Shown piece after piece: positions 44,953 to 56,442 of a stretch of DNA of 64,000 bases. The stretch covers positions 7,178,780-7,242,779 of the forward strand of contig OZ316896.1 in assembly GCA_973895155.1 (NCBI GenBank). Direction: 5' to 3'. Numbering within the stretch: the stretch's first letter is position 1; each line of letters begins with the position of its first letter. Under the pieces are notes generated by a model. The model was given only the letters and a program-made list of their open reading frames with translations, ran no database searches and was not told the DNA's origin. The DNA comes from Marsupella aquatica. Its lineage: Eukaryota; Plantae; Marchantiophyta. Position numbers and translations under genes: made by a program.

Positions 44953-46330
44953 GCTTGAAGGTTGTTTCTTGCGCTACATGCGTTGAGTAACCCGATCAAA
45001 GTAACCGTCGGTGGACGATATGGAGCATCCTGGTTTCAATGTCGATAACGTTGTGTGGCCCCAGAGGGAAGTGCCAGCGTCGGAGGAGCAGACCGATCAG
45101 ACGGTCAACTTTAGGTCATCGACATCAATTGCAGACACCGAGAGTCGCCTGACCAAGACTTCCGACATAAGGAATCGTCTCTAACTGCCTGCGGACGAGG
45201 GTATGAGCTCGGGTGAACGAAACATTCCTTGGCTTCCTGATTCTCCTTCGAGGCCATTTCAGGAGAGATTCTCAATTCATTATCCAACTCCCGAACATCC
45301 TTCATTGAATGTCTTCTGGGATGTGGAAATTCAGTCTGCCAAATTTCTTGGTCGTATCAATTTCTATGATAAAAACCTTCCTGAGTCTTCATTGCGCCCT
45401 TCGCGAAGGCTTCCAAGTGCACGGTATGTTGCAACTCGAACATTTGGCTTTTGACAAAAGCCAAAACACAAGAAGGCAAGGCTCAACGACGAATGTGAGT
45501 CTTCGTTTGATCCGAGATCATCCTAGGATCATTGTGGTCATGATCTTGGGTAGCGCCAGGCGCTGCTCATTTCATGGAGGAGAACCACATCCAGTTCGTA
45601 GTTTGGAATCGGAGGAGGTGCACTTGGTGCTTCGTTTTGGGGTTAGGTTAGGCTTGTGAATGGGTTCTTTCACCGTGGATTACTCCGTTAGAGTGAGGTT
45701 GACTACAGTTCGTAGGGCTCAACGACGGATTTGGGTCTTTCTCTGATCCGGAATTTTTGAATAGAATTGTGGTTAGACTCTTAGGCCTCCCGAAGATACT
45801 TGTTTCGTTGATGCGATCTGTGATCCGGTGAATAATTTTGAATCGCTGGAGGTGGACTTTAGGCTCCTCATTTTGGAATTTTGTATTGTGCTTCATTAGT
45901 AGAAGCGTGTATACACAATGTTTTCGCTTTAGTAAAAATCATTTTGGCTTGAGTTTTGTTAACTGGTATCATTACATTTTTTCATTTTTGGGTAGCGCCT
46001 GGCACTATGATGTTTCATGGTTGTGTTTCATTACGGTATTCAGTTTTGGGTAGCGCCTGGCACTATGATGTTTTCACGTATGAGTCGATTGCTATGTTTG
46101 GGACCCTGGATGATTAAAAGTGAACATTGCTTTGGATTTAGAGAGTTTTTACCCATTGACTAGCCGGGTTATTCATGGAATATTCTCTTTGCACATGTTA
46201 TTTTGGGATATATTGTTGATGTTTTGGTTGAAGTATTTTCCTGTTTCCTTTTTGCTATTTCCTGTTTGGATTTTCCTATTTCCTGGCACGGTGGTGATAC
46301 CCGTGAAGGCAAGGTGCTAAGCTGGCAACA
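44953..46330 (+). other. Unassigned segment F: decayed coding-like sequence, T-rich trailer with a ~30-bp duplication, possible LTR end GGCAACA
   Basis: Broken reading frames at 45020-45900; TTTTGGGTAGCGCCTGGCACTATGATGTTT occurs twice (~45986, ~46044). Single copy in the window. Confidence 0.35.
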
Positions 46331-47281
46331 CACACTAAGGACTTAGACTAGTAGAGGGCTGGTCGGGTCATGGGAAAGGGCCGGACACCCAGACATACTT
46401 TGAGTTCTTAGGGCTTGAGTGAGAGCTTAGCTTGGGCCCAAGGCTAAATAAATGGAGTTTACTTCATGCACAATAGACACTTGGGGCACGAGATACGGCC
46501 CGACCCAAGTTAAAAATTGTTATTACGTAAAAAAAATGCATTTAAGAATTTTCAAACTGCATGGAAATTTGTTTTTTGGCTGATCAAGGGGGCCAAGCAA
46601 CGACAGGTTTTGAGGGCCCAGGCGTGAGCACTGGGTCGGCCCAATCACAACGGGCTAAGTCACTCTGCCTACGGACACCTAACTAGAAAGTTATGGGCAT
46701 AGTCAATTATGGACATAGCGGGTTGGGATCCAGGTGGGGGGCCAAAATTTGGGGACCAAAGTAGATCCGAGGGTGGTAGATCTCTAGAAGCATATATGAG
46801 AGGACTGGTGTCTCCCTAGGGACTAGGGGCAAGCCGAAGTTGTGAGCCGCAACAGTCGCGTCAATAACTAAGGGGAAACATCAAATAAAAATGACGATAA
46901 CTTCCCAACGGGAAGTTTGTTGGAAGACTTCTTGGGTGCGTTGGAAAGCTCTCAAGGAGGACTACATCCTCTTGAGCTCAATTGGGTCTAGGGGTGCCAT
47001 AGATTCTTGGGGTTTGCAGGGGCTATCTCGCCCTCTAGCCAAATCTTGCCGAAATAGCAGCCAAGCCGCGTTTGTTTCCCAAGAGAGCTTGCATTGGGGA
47101 GACAAGGCCAAGTAGGCATGGAGGTTAAGTTCTAAGTGTACTTGGCCCTAGGCTATCAACTGAGTCAACATCATGAGTTGGTTGTTAGAGCCGAGATCCT
47201 TTTGGTCCCGACATGCTAGGACAAGCTTGGGACAAGCTTTAGGACAAGCTACGCTATTTGGGGCATGGCAATTGGTTGGTG

Positions 47282-49206
47282 TGTCAAACACTTGTCAAGG
47301 AGCTTAAGCGGCTTTTCTCCCCAAAAGACTACCTAATATCTGCTCCATATCATACCAGGGTCACAAAGGATTGACAAAACTTCTGAAATGTGCCTACAAT
47401 GACTAATCACTCCATACATAAGTAGTTTCAACTCTCCACTTCTAGAGAGGTAGTCCCCTTGACTACTTTTGTACTCACACCCTTCCCCTCTCCTCTACTC
47501 CAAGGATCAGCAAGGGGGATCTCCGCTCCAAGCTGTCACCTTAGAGTAGATTCTCACACAAACACCCAAGAACCAAAGTACTTTCCTCTTCAAGCTTAAG
47601 TCTCCTCAAGACCCTCAAAGTAGTGTTACCCCTCAACCTTGCCCCCTGGCCTTGGTTTGGGTCCACACATCCCCTTTGAGATCTAGAGAAGGCTCCTCTA
47701 TCTAAGGACTCTTCCTCTTGTTCTTACTTCTTGTTAACACCACACACCAAGCAAAGTACTTTCCACCCTCAAGCTATAATCCTTTCTAAGTCTCAAAGTA
47801 GTGCTCTACCTTAACCTTGCCTCCTTGGCCTTGGTTTTGTACTAGCACATCCCCTTTGAGCTTAGACCAAGATTACACCATAGCATGGACTCTTCTCTTG
47901 CTCTCATACACTTCAAATGCACTCACACTTAATGGTCACATGAAGATTGACAAGTCTCCTTTTATTGTATCACCTTTACAATAAAAGTTCACTACACATT
48001 CTCCACACTAAGCATGGACCACCTCTCCTTTCTCAAGCTTAGCCCTACCTTGGCAAGGTAGAGATTCCACTTAAGAGATGAGACTCCCGGTCCCTAACAA
48101 ATGAAAACTTCCTCCTTATATACTATTCTCCTTCCACACCACACCAAGGTAGCCCACCAAGGACCAAGGACCAAGGACCAAAGTAGAGGACCAAAGTAGC
48201 CCACCAAGGACCAAGGACCAAAGTAGCCCACCAAGGACCAAGGACTAAAGTAGAGGACCAAGGACCAAAGTCCAATCACCAAAGTCCTACTAACTACCAA
48301 AGTCACACTACAACAAAAGTCCAACTAACTACCACTCCCACTCAAGCTCCTTCACCTTGTGATTGCCTGGTCTATTCAACCATCTCCTAGCCGCCCTTGT
48401 GCTTGACTTATTCCTGCCTTGTGGTAGCCTCGTCGAAGCGTTTTTACACTTAGTCGGATTTCGTTATTGGGGAAAAACTATAATTCCCCGGCCCATATTG
48501 TACCCACCGCCAAAAATCACCCATAAGGCCAAAAGGACTTTTGAGTAGATCCATAGATTTTCTTGACATAGGGCTATGTCCTGGTTTACTAAGATCTAAA
48601 CAAAACCCTATAACCAATTTTCTAAAATTAGGTAAAGAGGGTTAATTCTTATGTTTTCCAAAATTCTTCTCAACTTTGAGATGCTCCCAAAAAGTAACCA
48701 AAGGTAACCAAGTTCTCCCACAAGTTTCCAGGGATAGAGTGGACCATATTTAACCTATTTTGAAACTTGGAACCCCTACATTTTTCCATCAGCTATTTTT
48801 CCCGAGACCCGCTATTTGGTAACTTTAAGTTTTGCCAAAATACTTACAACTCCTAGGTTAAGACCCCACTTGACTTTGTGACTTTTATGTGTGGTCTAGG
48901 GACTACCTAGCACCTATAGGGTGAGTCTTAGCAAAACTTATCACTCAAAAGTATCGGTCATGCCTTCAGCCCGACTTGCCGACTACCGTAACTTTTTTCC
49001 GCCCTTACCAAATAACTTACTCAACTCTTGATACTTCTTAGAGAAACATGTCCTCTCCCTCAATTTATTTCCCTACTCTACTTCCCTAGTTATTAAGTTA
49101 TCTTAAACCTAACAACTCCGCTAATCACTAAACTATGTAATTACTACTCCTTGAAAGCAAAAAACTGACGCATTTCTTACTCAAGCCTCCCTTGAGCCAT
49201 TCCACA
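47282..49206 (-). mobile_element. Family A solo LTR A2 (1925 bp, variant U3)
   Basis: TGTCAAAC...TTCCACA with TSD TGGTG (47277-47281, 49207-49211). Confidence 0.93.
48141..48330. repeat. Minisatellite of CCAAGGA / CCAAAGTAG units in A2, directly upstream of the TATA box
   Basis: Many tandem ACCAAGG units with interspersed CCAAAGTAGCCC and CCAAAGTAGAGG. Confidence 0.85.
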
Positions 49207-49862
49207 TGGTGATGGATAGGTACAAGGGGGAACCCGGGCTGCACCCAAAGAGGGGCTATTCTGGATGAACTGTGGGTGTCGGCTCTGGTTCTGACTTATG
49301 GCAACTGGAAGACCTATCGCTGACCTACTTACTAATGTCTGTTGAACTTGAGTTAGGATGCTAGACTTTGGGAGATCTAGTTCCTATTGTGTTACTTAAC
49401 GGAGTACGTGGTTGCTTGTGCAGACAGTGCAGACCATTGAGCGACAATTGTGTTAGGAAGAAAGTGTGGCTTTGTATGGGAGTGGCCGTTGAGGGTGCAA
49501 GGAGCATCAAGTTGCTTGCTCATGGAGTTCCGTGGAGCATTTGGGCACCAAGGGCACTTAGGCATGGGTGTTGGGATTGGTGAGGGCGCTGGGTAGCAAG
49601 GTCCACCACTCACTAGAAAAAATTGTCATGTTTTAAATTATTTTGGAAACTGTGACTTTTAATGACACGTTTTCAGATTGTCTGTTTTGCTAGTAACATC
49701 AACCCTGGTCTAAGCCTTTGTGTTTTTCCCCGCCCATACAAAGGCAGTAATATTCTTTTGCAAGCTATCTAGTGTCCCAAGCTGCCCAACCCAAACGGTA
49801 ACTAAGAGAGAACTACAAAGTGCTCAAAACCAGGTGATTGGCCACTATGACCCGGACGATCA

Positions 49863-50051
49863 CGTGGTGCATCCCATGGCTCTCGAAACCCAAGAACCTC
49901 CCCTGAACAAGCCGATTCCCACTGGTTTTGCTCTTTCCAAGGCCGGTTCCATGGCTTATCGACATGGGACGCTGCTAATTTGCTTTACTAACTTTTTACC
50001 CACATATACTGGATAGATCCTTCATTGGGTCATGAGATATGTAGCCGGCCT
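49863..50051 (-). repeat. Old, diverged B-type LTR 3' end
   Basis: Reverse-complement homologue of ~17125-17320. Beyond 50051 the sequence is unrelated and pyrimidine-rich up to ~51200. Confidence 0.75.
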
Positions 50052-51201
50052 GCTCAATCCCTTGACTCTATCTTCGATGTGTTCTTCAAATCAGAGCTTT
50101 AAATCCAACAACGTCCACCATTTTTCTTCTCATTTATTCAAGCTTCTCTTTCAGTCTCTCCTCTATTTTGCGCTACTCCTTTCTTTGAGTCCTCTGCACA
50201 TTCCATCACTCTCCAATAATTTTCTTTCTCGGTCCACTCTTCCTCACATCCACATTTAACACTGCGCAATACATTGCTCCTCTTTTCCCTCTTTCCAACC
50301 AAGAACCTTTTAAACACCTTTGCCTTTCACACTTTTGCACTCCTGATTGATTCACTTCAACAAAAAATTTCCACACTTCATCAACCTTGACACAGCAAAA
50401 ACACCTCAATGCCACTAGGATCCATCCTCGGACCTTTGCCCCATGCTTCCTTTGCCCTGCACAATTCAATTCTCCACATCAAAACGTTCTATCATCTTCC
50501 TTAAAACAACACCCAAAAACTCAGTCTCCCCTCTTCTCTGTAACCTCTGATCTTTTTCCTCACCTTAACCACATCGACCATTTCCTAGGAATTCTCAATC
50601 CCTCTTTTCAATTCCCCATAGCCCTTCTATATCTCAACACCCAAATTCCTTCATAATTTTCTCAGTTTCTCAACGCCCTACCAATTCTAACTTTCAAAGC
50701 TCTCATTGACATCGAGCTCGCATCCATAGATTTCTTCTCCTCTTAACTCTATCAATGCACCCCATCCACCTGAAACCACCATAGCCTTTTTCTTTTTCTT
50801 TCGCCTGCCTCATCCAAAAAATAAAATTCCCCCAACATTCACCACCAAGACCACATGCCACGTTTGACCATTTGTCTCCCTCAATCTTTATAACGCCCCG
50901 GCCTTCTCTCTTCCATTCCTATTTCTCCAAAATATTTGCTCCACACTCCCATGTGACACTTCACTTTTGCACTTAACTTTTTCCCGGTCATGAGTCTCCT
51001 TCGCCCTACACAGTGGTTATTCTTGCCTCTTCCATAGCACACCAGGAAAAAATCTCTTCACTCACACTTCCACAATGTTTGTCCACTCTACAGAAGCACA
51101 CCAACTTACTCATTTTTAGTTGATTCTTGTTGAAGCACACTCACCTCTGTTCACCGATCTCCCTCACATCACACAAAAAACATTCTCCACCAATTAACAT
51201 C

Positions 51202-51782
51202 AGTGGTGGACCTTGCCACCCAGCGCCCTCACCAATCCCAGCACCCACGCCTAAGTGCCCCTGGTGCCCGAACGCCTTCATGAAATACCTCAAGCAAGCA
51301 ACCTAGTGCCCCTTGCACCACCAGCGGCCCCTCCCATACAAAGCCACATTTGCTCTCTAATGCGACCGCTACTCAACGATCCTCACTATCTGCACAAGCA
51401 ACCAAGCATCTCGGTAAGTAACCCTTCAGGATCTAGATCTCCCGAGTCTAGCATCCTAACTCAAGCTCAACAAACATTGGTAAGTAGGTTAGCAATAGGT
51501 CCTCCCGATGCCATAAGCCGGAACCAAAACCGACGCCCACTATTTGTCTAGAATAGCTCCTTCCTTGGGCGTAGCCCGGGTTCCCCCTCGTACCTATCCA
51601 TCACCAACTGACCGCCCTGCCCCCAGGACATGCTCATGGCCCAAATAGCATAGCTTGTCCTAAAGCTTGTCCGGGAGCTTGTCCCAACACGCCGGGACCA
51701 GAACGGCCCCGACTTTAGCAACTAACTCCCGGTTCTCACCCCACTGATGGCCTAGGGACCAAGTGCCCCCTCTCTAGGGACC
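51202..51782. repeat. Family E repeat, inverted partial copy
   Basis: Inverted homologue of 49212-49610 and 47180-47281, without the A2 insertion. Confidence 0.7.
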
Positions 51783-52443
51783 AAGCCTGAGACATCTACA
51801 AAGACATGGAAATCCTTGTTCCAGTCTAGTGCTATCATGACTGGGGCCTCTACTAACATTTGCTTTAATTCCACCACAGCTGTTACTCGTTCTCGTGTGG
51901 GTTCAAAGTCTGCACCTGCCTTGAGCATGTTGGTTAATGGTAAAGCTAGCTTGGCAAAATCCTTGATGAACCGGCAATAATAGCCAATGCACCCCAAGAA
52001 GGATCTCACATCCTTTAAGTTCTTAGGTTGCATAATATCTAGCCATACTGCTAGCTTACCCTTGTCAATCTCAATGCCCTTCTTAGATACCTTGTGACCT
52101 AGCAGCACACCTTCTGTTACTCCAAAGAAACATTTATCTGGGTGTAACTTGAGACCTACCTCTCTCATCTCATGAAGGTCTTCCTTAGGTATTTAGCACG
52201 TTTCGATGCCTTCCCAAATACTGCAAAGTCATCAATGAAGATTTCCATGAACTTTCTCAAGTAGTCATGGAAAATGTTCACCATTAGTCGTTGGAACATA
52301 GCTGGTGCATTACAGAGTCCAAACGGCATACGATTGAAGACATAGATCCCCCATTCCGTGATGAAGGCCGTCTTGATTTGGTCCTCCTATGTGGAATGGC
52401 TCGATATAGGTTTATGTAAGAAACTTGTCATTTTTTTGCTTTT

Positions 52444-55400
52444 TGTCACGTCGTCAGCCTTGGCCTTACTCCGGGCTTCGGCTTAAATAGGCACATCCTT
52501 TGTCAAAATGAGGTTTCGGGCAGGGAGGGAGGCACGGAATGCACCCAACTTACATAAAATAGCGCTAAGTGCGCCTATCGTCATATACGGACACCTCCTA
52601 GGTATGATTTGTGTTCCGCCACTGGAACGTACCTCAATCGATAGCAGGATTGACCCTGGCTTAAGGGCTTCTAAGCCTTCGTATTGTCCGCCTTTGATCC
52701 GGATTTTGGTGGTATGGGTGCTCAACCCGGGCTCGCAACCACGTACACGCAAGCTGCACCCGTGCGCTACTTGGGTAGTGCGTTCGGCCAAGCGTTGGCA
52801 CCTATACACGAGATTCACACACATACATACGCACAAGCATAAAATCTCAAGTTATACAAAGGAAATAACGGGAAGGGATTTTACTCCATAAGAGACATAT
52901 GCGTACACTTAGTTGACCCGAATGCTCTGGAGTGAACAGGTCCGAGGCCGATGGTGTACACTACAATGGAGCCCGGCTCTGCACTCGCCCAACGAGCTTA
53001 GTCTTACACCCTCCCCTTGGTACTCTTCCACTCCCAGAGGTCGGGACTCCCCGCACATACCGCGAATGTCCGATACTGAGACTAAAAAAACCCCCTGCCT
53101 CTACCGAGGGGTGCACTAAATACTAAGGGCCGAGGAACGGAGTGTCCTCCCACCCGAATATTTGCTAACGTAGGTCCTAACTAATTTGACTGTCAGGCCA
53201 AAAAACGGCTATGTCTTATTAGAAGATCCTAACCTACACAGGCTGGACAGCATGGCGGTGCTGCTCTAACTAGGGCAGGTTCCTGTCCCCATAGCCCGAT
53301 TTAGCTATTCCTAACCCTTTTCTATTCCTACTCCGCCGCTAATGCCTGGCACGCTTGTAAGAGCCGCCTGAGTGGGAGCGGCCATCCCGCTGCTTATGAA
53401 GTCTATCGTTGTCCGCCTTGAGGAGCTGGACCTGGTCCAGCAGAGATTCGTTCTCTCGCTTTGCCGCATCCGTCTCCTCCGCTGCCTCTTGGCATGCCTC
53501 CTCCAGCTGCTGGGCATCGCTCGTCAGCTTGCCCGCCAGCTGGTCCTGCTTCTCGGCTTCGGTTTGGAGCCGCGCCACTTCGGCCTGTAGTGTGGCTATC
53601 TCCGCAGTGTCTTGATGGGCCCGTTCTTCGGCCTCCTCCAGGTCTTTCTGCCAGATGACAATTTGATTCTTCAAACTGTCAATCTGGTTCCGGAGTCGTG
53701 CAATCTTGGCCTCGTTCCTAGCTTTGGCCTGTTCGGCTAGGGCGGTAAGGGCGTGCGCCTTTGCTAACAACTCATCGGCGGCTGCAACTTTGGGTCGTAG
53801 TTGCAGAAGCTCAGCCTCTTGAGCCGCAACTTTGTTCTTTAAGTATACGGACTCCACCCGGTACCGCTCTATCCTCTGAAGGGCCTCTGACTGGGCCCGA
53901 CCTGCCTTTACTGCGGCAACCAACTCCTGATTGAAGAAACAGGCTACCTTCCGGGCCATGAACTCCTCGGTATCCCGGGCAATTTGATGAGAGAAATCTC
54001 CCAGAAGCCCGTTCAGAAATGTACCCGGTACGAAGAGTTCCGGGTGGTCCAGGTTGTGCCTGTCCGGAGTTGGGCACGGGCAGACGTCAACACGCGCGGG
54101 GGCCGGGGCAGTGACATCCAGCCCTGGGGATGTAGTGTTGGAAGGGGTTGGAGTGTCCTCTTGCAGCAATGTCCAGTTCTCCAGAATAGCCACCGGTGGG
54201 TCTTTGGGAGATCCGGGCTCGAGTAAGGCCTCCGCTATACCTACTTCTGTACTTGGCCCGACCTGTTGGATTGCATCTACGGTTGCGATAACCGACCCAT
54301 CCGGTACCTCCTCGGTCACAACTACAGCTACTTGTGGAGGTGGGGTGGGTGAAGTCTGCGTGTCCGCTGGACTTCGGGCCTCGGGTTGGGGCCATCTCTC
54401 CAAGGCCGGGAAAACCCACCTAGCTGGGACCAGCTTCATAACGTTGACACGGGGAAGGGTTCATCGATCAAACCGAGCGTACCACTTGAGAATGATCTCG
54501 ATGTGGCTAGCGAAATACGCCTTCCCGCCAATGTATAGCGTCTTTCTTTGCCGCTCCATCTCTTCATGGAATTTTTTAGCAAAGTACGACGCCCACTTCC
54601 TAGGTCGATAGTTCTCGACCTGGATAACCTGGGCAGTGGAGATCTCCCCTCGGGGTTCCATCATGTGGAGGGCGTACCTTTGGAACTCCAATCGCTCAGC
54701 TATCTCGGGGATGAGGCAGGTCCTCATCACGAACCTGTTGTCCACTACTCCCTCTGAGGGAAAACTCGAGGATTGGTACTTGGCTCCCTTGCCCCCGGGA
54801 GCCCGTGATTCAACTCGATGGTCACCTTCGGGTAACCCGAAAATCATCTTGAGCCGTTCTTCTGTGAGGGACATATTCCTTCCCCGCAGCCGAGTATGTT
54901 GATGTGCGTCATCATAATTCTTGACGAATTCCGTCATGTCCTCCCCGTAGTACCTGCAAGTGTTCCAGGGGAGAGAGGCGAGGTGCTCGAATCCCTGAGT
55001 CTTCAGGTACACCGCATATTTGGGATGGAGGATGTTTTTATGCACGTTTTCCCCCATGCGGTGCATTGTCACTTTGGCCGCGGCTACCGTGGCCAATGGT
55101 AACCCGGATGCAGCGGCGGGTTCCTTCCTCTTCTTCCCCCGTGACTGGCTCGGGGAGGGTGACACCTCCCCATCCTCTCGATCGGGCATAGGTAGTGCTA
55201 CCGCCGTTAGTATTGGGCCCGGGGCGGCCACAGTCACCGTGTTGTCTGCTGGAGCCGCTCCTTGGGTCCGAGCATGGGGAGGGGACAATGTAGTGTCGGC
55301 CCCCTGAGTGTTTGCTCCTCTGGGCCGCCTGAGCAAGGGTGGGGTAGCCTCGTCGTCGTCGCTAAGGTCCACAACGTTGATGACGGAGCGTACTTGTACT

Positions 55401-56442
55401 GGCGGGGCGATTGGCGGTGGGGGTTGGCTAGGCTGAGGCTGAGACTGAAGCTGAGCCTGAGTCTGCATTGGTGCGGGTACGGGTATGGGGTTGACTGGGC
55501 CGGCGCCGGCGGTTGAGGGTCTAGTTCCCATGAAGCTCTGCAGGTGCTGGTAGAAGTTCTCTCAAGCAAGTGCAGACGGCCTTGTTGAACGGGTAGTGCT
55601 GGACTCGCTATTGATGATAGCCCGAACCTGAGCAGGGATGTGGTCGAAGTGATGTCGTTGCAAGTCGATCGTACCCGGGATATTGAAGACCTGGTCCGAA
55701 AACCGAAGCAATGCTTCCCAGAAACCGATATATTTGTCTCCATTGAAGAAGTACCCAGATACCTCTGGTGGTCGGTAAAGCTCGCTCTGAGACGGGTAGT
55801 CAAAGTTAAGGATATAGTGGTGTCATCCTGCTAGGCGGATGGCTCTCTCGTACTCGTGTTTGATTTCGTATCAGCGCGGGTTGGCGTGTTTCAATGAGTC
55901 GGCCAAGTGTCTTCCGGTAGATAGGAACTGCGTCTAGAATCGAATGGCCGAACTGGAGAGGATCATGTGCGACATTCAGAGGAGATAGCAGTGGTGACTA
56001 AGAGCGAACGAGAGAGCTGGGGTCGAAGCTGGCGCGTGGACTGATGGACTGGTGCACTACAAAGGGTCGGCTCCCTTTTTATACTTTGGGGGCTTGTCGA
56101 TCACCCGACATCTCCTCGTTGCCTATAGGTTGAACCGTTCATGCTTGTAGTGTACCGGCCACTCCGCCAGTCTGAGTCAGCGCGTGTCAGTGGCCGCTTC
56201 CCTAAGTTCGTTATACGGACCCGAGGGAGGGGCCCCTCCACGTTCGCAACCCGGGCATGCGAATGGCGACACGCCGCCAGTCCGAACATGAATTCCCCTT
56301 ATTGACTAATGATTTTCTACTCATAATGGTTAACTAAATACTGTTGTTATGCTAATAACGGCGGCCTAAGATACCCCTAACGCGCATGCTAAGCGCGGTC
56401 TAGACTGAATTACTCATTACTCGCCATACCGGCGGCATCACA
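52444..56442 (-). mobile_element. Family C solo-LTR-like element C2 (3999 bp)
   Basis: TGTCACG...ATCACA, collinear with C1; TSD CTTTT/CGTTT (one mismatch). Confidence 0.86.
53339..55975 (-). pseudogene. Family C LTR-encoded ORF, copy 2 (premature stops)
   Basis: The 356-aa and 366-aa pieces share a frame; the upstream part matches the C1 145-aa ORF. Confidence 0.85.

Larger units (their letters stand above)
46331..49610. repeat. Family E non-coding repeat (LTR-like), interrupted by solo LTR A2
   Basis: ~47180-47281 plus 49212-49610 is matched in inverted orientation by 51202-51725. The left boundary is uncertain. Confidence 0.6.
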
